The position numbers were made by a program, and so were the translations under genes. From Candidatus Cloacimonadales bacterium (GTDB taxonomy: Bacteria; Cloacimonadota; Cloacimonadia; Cloacimonadales; JAIOQZ01), in assembly GCA_963674825.1 (NCBI GenBank), contig OY771587.1, forward strand, positions 2,720,001-2,784,000: 64,000 nt of DNA, in the 5' to 3' direction. Each line of letters opens with the position of its first letter. Positions within the stretch are counted from its first letter, which is position 1. Below, one piece after another: positions 49,617-59,100 of the stretch. The notes under the pieces were generated by a model. The model had not been told where the DNA came from, made no database searches, and worked only from the letters and a program-made list of their open reading frames with translations.

Positions 49617-50003
49617 ATGAATCTGTACGTCAAGCGATTTTTACTGTTGGTGTTAGGGCTGATTACGATATGGGATGCGTTCACGTCATTTTGGGCGATC
49701 CATATAATGCTCGACGGTAACGGAGGATATGCGCTCGGAGCTCTTGTAGCACTTGTTGCAACCATTCTCATGCTACGAACGAGCATTACGGTTTTCGCCG
49801 GAATGGAAGACGTTCAGGGCTGCATGATGCTCCTTCTTTGGGCGGCTGCATTCCTCTTCGATATGTATTCTGCCTATGTCGTGAACGAGGCATTTCTAAT
49901 TAGACCAGCAGGGGATATTTCGCTCATTATCGCGCTTGCGGTGCTTACGATTCTTACGACTGGAGCACCGGCAGCCTATTCGTTCATTAAGAACGCGATC
50001 TGA
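49617..50003 (+). CDS. Hypothetical membrane protein (4 TM)
   Basis: Hydrophobic helices, RBS GAGG, upstream TTGACA at 49556. Confidence 0.7.
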   Translation: MNLYVKRFLLLVLGLITIWDAFTSFWAIHIMLDGNGGYALGALVALVATILMLRTSITVFAGMEDVQGCMMLLLWAAAFLFDMYSAYVVNEAFLIRPAGDISLIIALAVLTILTTGAPAAYSFIKNAI

Positions 50004-51033
50004 TATTCTTTGTAAGAAACGCTACTTTGTCCAGTAACTGGTCGAAGCTGTCGATCACTGCGTCAGCGCCTTCCATTTCATCGGGTAAACCGAATCCGTA
50101 CGCGCATCCTACTGTGAAGCATCCGCACTCTTTACCCGCGTCGATATCAACATATCTGTCACCAACCATCACCGTGTTCGCGGGATGATAACGCTCCTGC
50201 ATTTCACGGATCATGTGGGCTTTGGTCTGGCCTGGGCGTTCCCCAAGGCACAGCACCGACTGGAAGAATCTGCTGAGCTGGAATTTTTCCACGACTGGAT
50301 AGAAGTAATCGTATGGGCTGCTGCTGGCGAGCACCAGCATAGCGCCCAAGTTGATCAATTTGTACAGGGTTGTTTCCACGGTAGGGAAGAATTCGCCCTC
50401 GCCATCTATAAGTCGCTGCCGTATATTCTGCCGGACCATGGTTCGCAGCTCATCACAGCGATGGTGGGATGATTCCGGAAGAAATTGCTGATAGATCGAG
50501 CCCTTTCCCAAGCCGAGTTGAGGAATCAGGTCTTCGTAGGTTGGGATGGTTCGGTCGATGCCTTCCTCACGGTAGATGATCTCGAAACCGCGCTTCATCG
50601 CAGCATACGTAAATCCATCTGAGCGCACGATCGTGCCATCCATATCGAATACGATCAGCAAATCGACATGATCTTCGTGGTTGCCACGCGTAAGGTACGA
50701 CTCGGCAATCGCAATCTCCTGTCTCGGTTGATCGACGCTCAGCTTGCGAATCATTTTCGATCGGATATAGTCTTCGATACCGCTTTCGTCGATGTGATCG
50801 ATGATCTCGGGAACATCGGCGTTACTGGAGACTACGGCAATTGCTACCAACGGCAGCCTCAGCCTGGCCAGCAGGAAGAAGAGCTTGTGCTCGTAAAATC
50901 TTCCCGGACTGAGCAGGATGATGCTGCCGGTCGTCAGGTAATCCTCTATCGTCTTGCGCGATTCGCAACGGACTACGCTCCAAGGCTGTTCGGGTGGCGT
51001 ATAATCGACATCCCAGGTCAGAATCTGTGCCAT
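49987..51033 (-). CDS. HAD family hydrolase with an unrecognised N-terminal domain of about 120 aa
   Basis: FDMDGT (motif I), LASSS (II), K (III), MVGDRYVDIDAG (IV). Confidence 0.87.
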   Translation of the reverse strand: MAQILTWDVDYTPPEQPWSVVRCESRKTIEDYLTTGSIILLSPGRFYEHKLFFLLARLRLPLVAIAVVSSNADVPEIIDHIDESGIEDYIRSKMIRKLSVDQPRQEIAIAESYLTRGNHEDHVDLLIVFDMDGTIVRSDGFTYAAMKRGFEIIYREEGIDRTIPTYEDLIPQLGLGKGSIYQQFLPESSHHRCDELRTMVRQNIRQRLIDGEGEFFPTVETTLYKLINLGAMLVLASSSPYDYFYPVVEKFQLSRFFQSVLCLGERPGQTKAHMIREMQERYHPANTVMVGDRYVDIDAGKECGCFTVGCAYGFGLPDEMEGADAVIDSFDQLLDKVAFLTKNIRSRS

Positions 51034-51034
51034 A

Positions 51035-52696
51035 TCAATATTTGAAAACGCTTCCGAAGGTGAATTCCCGCAAAATAGAATTCGTGGGAACCTGATTGTC
51101 AGGAATATCCGCGAAGTGTTCCAGGATTCTCAGGAGGCGTCGCGATTCCAGATACATGGGTGAGTATTGGCTAACCCGTTTCAACTGCGGAATGGCGTGT
51201 TTCTTCAAGACGCCGAGTTCATAGGTCAATGAGCTATTGAACATCACATCGGCATTTTCCTGGAATGGGAAGATGTTCTGTTCTTCTCCTTCACGGATGC
51301 TCTGCCACCGTTTGAGTGTGTCCTCGGCGGTATAGCCGCGATACTTACTGTCGCGCGTGATGCGCCGGATTTTACGGCAATCGGTGGTAGGTATACGGTT
51401 ATGTTTATCTATGTTGAGCTGATTGAGCGCGCTGATATAGATCTTGAATTTGTGGCGTGCCTCAATGTGTGGCGTGAGTTGATCGTTGAGGCCGTGAATT
51501 CCTTCGAGCAGGAGCAGGTCATTTGTACCCAACTTGATCTTGTGGTGACTGGAAACACGGTCGCCGGTCTGGAAGTCGTACTTGGGCAGTTCGACTTCCT
51601 GGCCGTCCAGCAGTTTCTTCAAATGTTCGTTCAATAGCTCGATGTCAATAGCGTGTACGGTTTCGAAATCGTATTCACCATTCTCTTTACGAGGTGTCTG
51701 GTTTCTCGGCAGGAAATAATCGTCCATACCGATAACGATCGGGTTGAGTCCAACAACGCGAAGCTGGACGGAAAGCCTTTTGGCAAAGGTTGTTTTGCCT
51801 GATGACGATGGCCCTGCGATGAGCACGATGCGCGCTTCCGGCTTGCTCTTGATCATGTCCGTAAGGCGCACGATTTTGCGTTCGTGCAAAGCTTCTTCGA
51901 TCTGAATTACATCGGTGATGGTATATTTGTGTACATATTTATTCAAATCGTAAACGTTGTGCATGCGTAGAATGTTGAGCCACTTGTCGTGCTCCTGATG
52001 TGCGGCGTAGAGCTGTTCGGGTATGTGCAGATCGGTCGTTATTTCTGTTTGGCCGGCCTTGGGAAGGCGCAGGACGAGCCCCGGTTTGTAGTAAACGACG
52101 TCGAACGTGTGGATGAGCCCAGTGCTGTACGCGAGCTGCCTTATATAGTAGTCGTGATACGCTCCGCATCGAAAAATGGTGATGTCGTTTTTGGTCCACG
52201 TTTTGAGATTCTCCACAACATCCTTGCGGCCCATTTTTGTAAAGAGTTCCAAAGCTTTCACGAGATCGAAGGTGGTTTTCTCGATCTTCAAATCACCCTT
52301 CACGATGCGCTGCATCTCTTTTTTGAGCGCTTTGGCGTCGTCTTCGGTGAGGGTATAATCACCGAATACCTCGCAGTAGATACCGTCGGAGATGGAGTGT
52401 TCGACAACCAACTCGGCTTTGCCCCCGTGCAGGTTGTTGAAAGCTTTCATCATGATGAAGATGGCGGTATCCTGGTATAGGCGCATACCTTCCAGCGAAT
52501 CGTAGGTGATACAGTCGATCTCGACATTCTGATCGATCACATAGTCGAGGTTGACATGTGAATTATTTACCCGATACGTGAGAACGTACTTATCTTTCAG
52601 GGCACAGTTCTCAACAACATCTTTGATGGCCACGGGATGGTCGGTCTCGATGTTGGTGCAAAACTCGCCGTTTACTTTTATACGGATTTTTGGCAA
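51035..52696 (-). CDS. Nucleoside (uridine) kinase family protein with a ThrRS-like N-terminal region
   Basis: TGS-like and editing-like N-terminus (VEHSISDGIYCE), Walker A AGPSSSGKTT, MDDYF, EGIHGLN, RIPTTD.RKIRR. Confidence 0.9.
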   Translation of the reverse strand: MPKIRIKVNGEFCTNIETDHPVAIKDVVENCALKDKYVLTYRVNNSHVNLDYVIDQNVEIDCITYDSLEGMRLYQDTAIFIMMKAFNNLHGGKAELVVEHSISDGIYCEVFGDYTLTEDDAKALKKEMQRIVKGDLKIEKTTFDLVKALELFTKMGRKDVVENLKTWTKNDITIFRCGAYHDYYIRQLAYSTGLIHTFDVVYYKPGLVLRLPKAGQTEITTDLHIPEQLYAAHQEHDKWLNILRMHNVYDLNKYVHKYTITDVIQIEEALHERKIVRLTDMIKSKPEARIVLIAGPSSSGKTTFAKRLSVQLRVVGLNPIVIGMDDYFLPRNQTPRKENGEYDFETVHAIDIELLNEHLKKLLDGQEVELPKYDFQTGDRVSSHHKIKLGTNDLLLLEGIHGLNDQLTPHIEARHKFKIYISALNQLNIDKHNRIPTTDCRKIRRITRDSKYRGYTAEDTLKRWQSIREGEEQNIFPFQENADVMFNSSLTYELGVLKKHAIPQLKRVSQYSPMYLESRRLLRILEHFADIPDNQVPTNSILREFTFGSVFKY

Positions 52697-52709
52697 GATT
52701 CCTCCAGGT

Positions 52710-53108
52710 TTACAGGTGATAGTTTTCTTTTAGATGCTCGTGATTCCAGTTTTTGAAAGCCTCGAGCTCATCCTGAACAACTTCGAGCGCCAGGACGATG
52801 ATAGCGAAATCATCCAGGAAACCGATTCCGGGTGTGCTATCTGGAATCGCGTCGCTTTGTTCGGTGAGGTAGAGAAGCGAATAGGCGATGGCCTGAATCT
52901 TCTCCCACGCGATATCCTTGAAGTTTCCGTCCATGTATTCTTGAGTCAAAGAAAGTGCAATTTTTACGTCCGGTTTTAATTCCTGAAGTTCTTTGACCTC
53001 GCTCAATTCTTCTGTGACGCCTTCGATATTATCCAGTAACCGCAGTACGTCGTCTTTGCTAATTGATTGTGCCTGAGTGAGTAACCAGGTCTTATCGATT
53101 TGTTCCAT
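52710..53108 (-). CDS. YkvA / DUF1232 family protein
   Basis: LLYL....DAIPD..PGIGFLDD. Confidence 0.88.
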   Translation of the reverse strand: MEQIDKTWLLTQAQSISKDDVLRLLDNIEGVTEELSEVKELQELKPDVKIALSLTQEYMDGNFKDIAWEKIQAIAYSLLYLTEQSDAIPDSTPGIGFLDDFAIIVLALEVVQDELEAFKNWNHEHLKENYHL

Positions 53109-54185
53109 TTTTCCTCCATATCACGTTGATTACACCCTGAATTTAGCAATGCTGCACAAGTTTGTCAAATTATTTTGCGAGATTGGGCCGGTTTATGCTT
53201 CAACCTGGCACATGGATAAACTGAGGTCGTGAACCCTGATGATGAATCTCGAACTGGAGTTGGAATGACCAAACTGAAAAAGGAAAAGAAACTGAGAATT
53301 GGCAATGAAACCTGCAATGCTTGTTTCAGGGCTGCTATCCCGAATCTGGACGCACCCGCAGAATCTGTTGTTGAAAATTGTACCGCCACCTATGCGAACC
53401 GCCTTGAATTCAAGCAGAACCTCAGTTTATCCCCTTTCTTCGACGCTGTAAAGCATGATGTGTATCCGGAATATCGGATTGTGGAAAAAGTTTACAATGT
53501 CGTAACTCACTCGTGTAGAACCTTGATAAGCGAATTTAACCATGTGATTGCAGCCATTGGTTGCAGTGTGTCTTCAAGATTGACAGTTGTCGATTCGCCG
53601 TTACAGTTTGGCGAATATCAGCTGGCGGCTGTCGGATCCAATAGATGTTTAACGCCCCGGGAGCATCACTCCGGTTTCCTCTTCTTCCCGTGTATTTCTT
53701 CTTCTTCTTCATCTTCTTCCCGCGAGAAACTGAAACTGAATCTGTATCTGAGCAATGAATTTATGCAAACCGGTCTATCCCGCCGCATAGGAAGGTTGTT
53801 ATAGAGATGGATAACGTGTTTGCTTCCGGGTGTTTAATTGAGGACAATATCGAAATGAATGCATCGAACAACGTGCGCCGAATCCGTTCCAAGCTTTCTG
53901 AAAGCTGTCGGTTTCTTTGCAGTGCGGTGCATCATGCCTTTCTCGAAACGTATCAATCTGATTGTAAAACGTTTAATCATACAAATTTCACAAGCGCAGT
54001 GTCCCGGAGACAGCAATCTGAATGTTCATGCTACTACGATCAACACACTCAAGTTGAATCTGAAAATCTTTGCGGAATTACAAACTCCTTACGTATGCCA
54101 AACGAAACGCAATAAGATAACTGAAAGCATTGAACTAACAGATAGACGCTTCTCCGGGATATTTTATCCCCCTACAAAGGAAATC

Positions 54186-54881
54186 ATGTATAGGGTAACT
54201 CTATCCATTTTACTCATGTCACTTACTTTGGCCCTTCTGCTGATATCATGCGATGACATTAGAGATGAATCTGAAATTGATTCGCAGGATGTTCTGGTCC
54301 CGCTTGCGATTGGCAATGAGTGGTCCTACATCGATTCATCGGGAAGCACGGGTGAAGTCAAGTTACTGCATATCGGCATTACCGGCTCCATGATGGCCGA
54401 TACCGGCGAGGACGAACAAAGCGAGGTCTTTTTCTGGAACTGGCGGGATCTCGAAACGGGCGAATACAGTGACAATGTATGGCTTCATTACAATGGGGAG
54501 GAAGGCTTTTATACACTTGGCGGGATCAGCTCTACCGATACGTTACTGATTAATTGCCTAAAAATCAAATATCCTGTGGCGGTAAGTGAAAGCTGGATCT
54601 ATCCCGACATCGAGTATGACTACATTAATAAGGAATGGCTGGTAACCGATACCTTGGAAGTATTCTGCACCGCAGTTGACACGCTCATCTCAACTCCTGC
54701 CGGTGACTTCATGTGTAACGAGGTTGCACTCTGTATCATCGGAACAACGCCCAGCGATGTTTACGGTCAACGTTTTTACTTCGCCCCGAATATTGGTTAC
54801 ATAGGGTTCAGGCTATTCCAGCAAGGTGTAATCATGCACGAACGGCTGCTTGTTGACTACATTTTGAACACCGGTAAATAA
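54186..54881 (+). CDS. Hypothetical lipoprotein
   Basis: ATG 54186 after AAGGA, lipobox LISC, motifs PLAIGNEWSY, TPAGDF.C, YFAPNIG. The upstream in-frame extension to 53859 is judged non-coding. Confidence 0.8.
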   Translation: MYRVTLSILLMSLTLALLLISCDDIRDESEIDSQDVLVPLAIGNEWSYIDSSGSTGEVKLLHIGITGSMMADTGEDEQSEVFFWNWRDLETGEYSDNVWLHYNGEEGFYTLGGISSTDTLLINCLKIKYPVAVSESWIYPDIEYDYINKEWLVTDTLEVFCTAVDTLISTPAGDFMCNEVALCIIGTTPSDVYGQRFYFAPNIGYIGFRLFQQGVIMHERLLVDYILNTGK

Positions 54882-55098
54882 AGTTTACAGCCGATTACAG
54901 GCCCCCAGTTGAAATCGCAACCCCCATCGGAAACTTCTTCGAAGAAAAAGCACCGCACAAAGAAACCAAAAAAATATCTTGCTCTGGAATTAGCGATTAC
55001 TATTTGTTGTCCATTGCATCGTAAAACCGGCATAAAATGAGTATGATTCAGCTTATCTCGGTGATATAAAAATACGACGATACAGGAGATCATGAGCA

Positions 55099-55494
55099 AT
55101 GGCGGCGAAAACACTGTCTGATGAGCAATTGCAAGGCTACAAGGAAGTACTCGAACAGGAAAAGGAAGACACCCTGCAGGTGATCCGCGACATCGAGAAT
55201 TTCCAGAGACGTGGCGCGAAAGAGAATTCAGGGAATCTCTCTTCTTACTCACTTCACCAGGCGGACCTGGGCTCTGATACCGAGAGTTCGGAAAAGGAAG
55301 TGTATCTCCTGGAAGAAGAATATCGAAAGCTTCGCAAGCTGAACGAATCGCTTAAGCGCGTTTATGAAAAATCGTATGGCATCTGCGAAATGTGCGGTGA
55401 ATATATTGGTGAAAAACGTCTTAAGATCGTTCCTTACGCACGTCTCTGCATCGAGTGCCGATCAAAAGAAGAAAAATCACAAAAAAGACGTTGA
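55099..55494 (+). CDS. TraR/DksA C4-type zinc-finger protein
   Basis: YGICEMCGEYI...RL..VPYARLCIEC. The coiled-coil tip is HQADLG (YteA/YocK-like) rather than DxxDxA. Confidence 0.9.
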   Translation: MAAKTLSDEQLQGYKEVLEQEKEDTLQVIRDIENFQRRGAKENSGNLSSYSLHQADLGSDTESSEKEVYLLEEEYRKLRKLNESLKRVYEKSYGICEMCGEYIGEKRLKIVPYARLCIECRSKEEKSQKRR

Positions 55495-55617
55495 CGGAAT
55501 CACGATTTTCTGCCTATCAATACCTCCAGAGGATTCGACGAAATAAAACCATCTTGCCCAGATTGAGATTAGCATTATTTTCTTAATAAAGTGATTTCAA
55601 CAGAAGGAGCCTGGAGG

Positions 55618-55926
55618 ATGAAACCACACAAGCTTTATCACAAAACCAAACCGGTGTGTAACGTAACGTTCCACCTACCCTGGCAGGCTGCAAAAGATGC
55701 AAAAAAGGTGCACATTGTCGGTGAATTTAACAACTGGGATGAAAACTCAATGCCCATGAAAAGGGACACGAACGGGGATTGGAGTATCACGCTCGATCTC
55801 GAAACCGGTAAAGAATACCAGTATCGATTCCTGATTGACGAAGCGAATTGGGAAAATGACTGGGATGCAGATGGTTATGTCCCATCACCGATAGGAGGAT
55901 GCTACAACTCGGTGGTTGTGATCTGA
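55618..55926 (+). CDS. Isoamylase early-set / CBM48-like glycogen-binding domain protein
   Basis: VHIVGEFNNW, GKEYQYRFLID..NWENDW.AD.YV. Confidence 0.88.
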   Translation: MKPHKLYHKTKPVCNVTFHLPWQAAKDAKKVHIVGEFNNWDENSMPMKRDTNGDWSITLDLETGKEYQYRFLIDEANWENDWDADGYVPSPIGGCYNSVVVI

Positions 55927-56051
55927 TTTACTGACACACTACTTTTTATACCCACAGGCAATAGCCTGAAGATACTTCTCACATTTCTAATTCCGCTGAA
56001 TAATCTTCATGAAATTTCATTTTCGCATTATTTTAATTGATTCTGTTCGAC

Positions 56052-56093
56052 AAAAACAAATACAGGGCAACCTATAACGGTTGCCCTGTATTT
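56052..56093 (-). terminator. Intrinsic terminator after the large kinase gene (possibly bidirectional)
   Basis: Perfect 15-bp stem AAATACAGGGCAACC-TATAAC-GGTTGCCCTGTATTT. Confidence 0.85.
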
Positions 56094-56118
56094 ATCAGTC
56101 TCTGAAATGCTATATCAT

Positions 56119-59100
56119 TTAGTTGTCGGTATTCCGTTTTGATACTAGAGTTCTGGTTCCTGCCAGCGGAATCGCGATAAAGACCGTAGTTCCCTCACCT
56201 TCCTTGCTCTTGATCCAAATCTTGCCATGATGCAGTTCGGCAATACGGCGGGATGTTGCGAGTCCCAATCCCAGGCCGCTGGATCGGTATTCGACAAATC
56301 CGGACTTGTGTGACCACAGGTCGTTAACCTCATAGAACTTCTTGAAGATATTCTCCTGTTCATGAGCCGGAATACCGATTCCATTATCCTGAACGTAGAA
56401 GACAATGGATGGCCGCTCATCAATCTTCTCACGCGGGAATGCCGAATGACGAACGCCGATGACAATTTTACCGAAGTCCTTGGTGAAACGGATCGAATTC
56501 AGAACCAGATTGTATATCATCAAGTCGCATGCTTCCCAGTTGAGATCGACCCTTGGAAGATCTTCGGGAATTTCCAACTGGATGTGCATATGCCTGTCCA
56601 TGGAGACGAGTTCGGATTTCTTGGAGATTTCTTCCAGAAGCGGTCTCAGCTCGGTTTCTTCCTTCGCGATTGTCGAGATCATGCTGTACTTGTTCAGTGT
56701 CACGATATCCTTGGTTGTGGTCAGGAGCTTGTGGACACTTTCTTCCACCTTTGTGATGTTCTTGACCTGATCTTCATCCTGCCAGTCGATTTCTTTTCGC
56801 AAACGGTTCACATATCCCTGAAGTGTAACCAGCGGTGTATTCAGCTCGTGTGAAACGATGGCAATAAAGTTATCTTTTACTGTATCCAGCGTATGCAGTT
56901 CGAGGTTCTTTTTCATGAGTGCATCGTACTGACGGGCGTTCTTGAGGGCAATTGATACCTGGATCAACATGATGCGCATGAAATCCTTATTGAGTGGTAC
57001 TTCCTTGCGGGACGAATTGTAGTTGTCCAGATAAAGGAAGCCGTGGAGCTCATTGTCGACATAGATAGGCGCGCAATAGATCGAATGGAGCTGATAATCC
57101 TGCACGCTTATGGAATTCTTAAACGTGTTGTCCGCCATGGCGTTGATGGTGTAGATGGGTTCGCGCGTCATCTGCACTTCGCTAAGCAGCGTCTTACTGA
57201 TGTTAACCCACTCGGACAGTATCTGGTTTTTATCGTCCATCGCAACCTGATATACGTAGTTGCCGTATTCGTCTTTCTTAATCAGGAATCCGCGGCTGTA
57301 GCGGGTGAAATTGATAGCGAAAGCAACAATTTCGGTTTCGAGTTTGCCGATATCGTAGATGGAGAATAGCTCTTGCTCCACTTGCATGAGTTTTTGCAGC
57401 ATCTTCATCTTCTCGCTGAGCTCACCGTATTCTTTAATGCGCATCAGAATGGATGTGAGGTGCAGCTTGAGCGCTTTGATCATGCGCATTTCTACACCTT
57501 TGAAATCGAGTTCGCCGGCGTCGGCGATAATCAGGCAACCGACCATCGTAGCCCGGATGCGTAGCGGTGTGATGACCGTATGTGCGCCATCGATGAAACG
57601 GCTGATAATACGGTTTTCCTTGAGAGCTTTATCGATCAGGTCGTCTAATGATTCACTGAAAAGAGTCGCTTCATCCATATTGTATGTCATGAAAGGATCG
57701 CGTTTGTTCTGCCGCTCTTCGGTGAGAATGATAGCATAGCTTTCGGGGGCAAGCAGGTTGGTGATGGTCTTTTCAATGAAGAACTTCATCCGGTCGATCT
57801 CGTTCAGCTTGAAGAGATCATATAGCATCTCCTGCCAACCCTCTTTATAGAATTTGTTGCGGTTATCGATATGGGGCATCTTGATCTCACGGTAGTCGTC
57901 GCGATCAAGCGCCATGGTCAACTTGAATAACTTGGCATCGCCTTCGGGAATGCCTTTTACAACCTCTGCAACCGTTTCTTTCAACTCGGTAAAATATGCC
58001 TTTGCTTTCACCGGAGCGTTGAGCTCCGCATAGATTCGCACCAGGCGTTTCAGGATAGCAATCTCTAAAATGAAGTGCTCGTGACCACGGACTTTTTCCA
58101 ACTGGATCAGGAGATGACGCAGAACTTTACGAAGTGGAATGTGTTTAATCTGGAGATCAATATCGCAACGCAGGATATCGATTGAGCTCTTCCAGTAACT
58201 GAACGAGTATCGATCCACCATGACTTGAGCACGGTCTAGAGCGTTTGACGCATCCTCGGGAAGTTTCATACCGATGTAACATTCAGCCTCTCGGATGTTG
58301 AGGATCGCCTGGGCATACGCACTTTTGTTACGTTCTGAATAGGACTTTGCCTTCTGCAGATTGCTCAGTGCTTCTTTCCAGTCGCCAACCGCCATGAATC
58401 TCAGGCCTATGAGTTGGTACTGAAATTCTTCTTCGTGCAGTTTGGTGAATTCGAGGTTGGTGTTGTTCTGGATGAGTTGGTTGATCTGGCTGATGTTTCC
58501 AGTTTGATAAAGGTAGTAGAAATAGGTCTTTACCAGCGGATTGAAAGAGTCGATCTGGCCTTCGATGAGCTCGGGATTCGTCTTCTGAATGAAGTTGTAA
58601 TAGTGGCCGAATCCCTTGATCTTGCTCTTTGCGAGTGCGAGGTTGTTTTCGATCGAGTAGGTGTACTCGAGGCTTTCGATTTCTTTGTTGATCTTCGCGG
58701 CTCGATTGAGAGAAGCTTCGGCTTTCTGGAATTCGCCCAGCTTGATATAGGCTTCGCCGAAGTTGACATAGGCTAGAACTTGTCCGCGTTTCTGATCGAC
58801 TTTTTCGCAAATGTCAAGCGCTTTTGTGAAGAAATCGAAGGCGGTCTGGGTATCGCCCTGTCGCAGTGCGAGGTCACCGATATTATTGTAAACAAGTCCG
58901 AGCGAACGGACGTAATTCACCTTTTCCCAGATTTCACGAGCACGATGGAAGTTGGCATTCGCTTCGTCGATCGATTTCTGGCTGATGTAAAGGAACGCGA
59001 GGTTGTTGTATAACGAACCGAGTCGCACGAGGAAATTGGTATCGTCATTCATCTCGAGCCTGGAGATGAAGTCCTCGACCATGGAGATCGCTTCGCTTGG

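Noticed and set aside
53222..53335. CTGATGA...GAAAC hammerhead-like core
   Set aside because: Stems I and II cannot be formed convincingly in either the type I or type III topology.
53229..54115. ORFs of 191 and 102 aa, and the 109-codon upstream extension of the 54186 lipoprotein
   Set aside because: Atypical Cys/Ser-rich composition, a poly-Ser run from a TCT microsatellite, and no family resemblance. The lipoprotein signal peptide starts at 54186.
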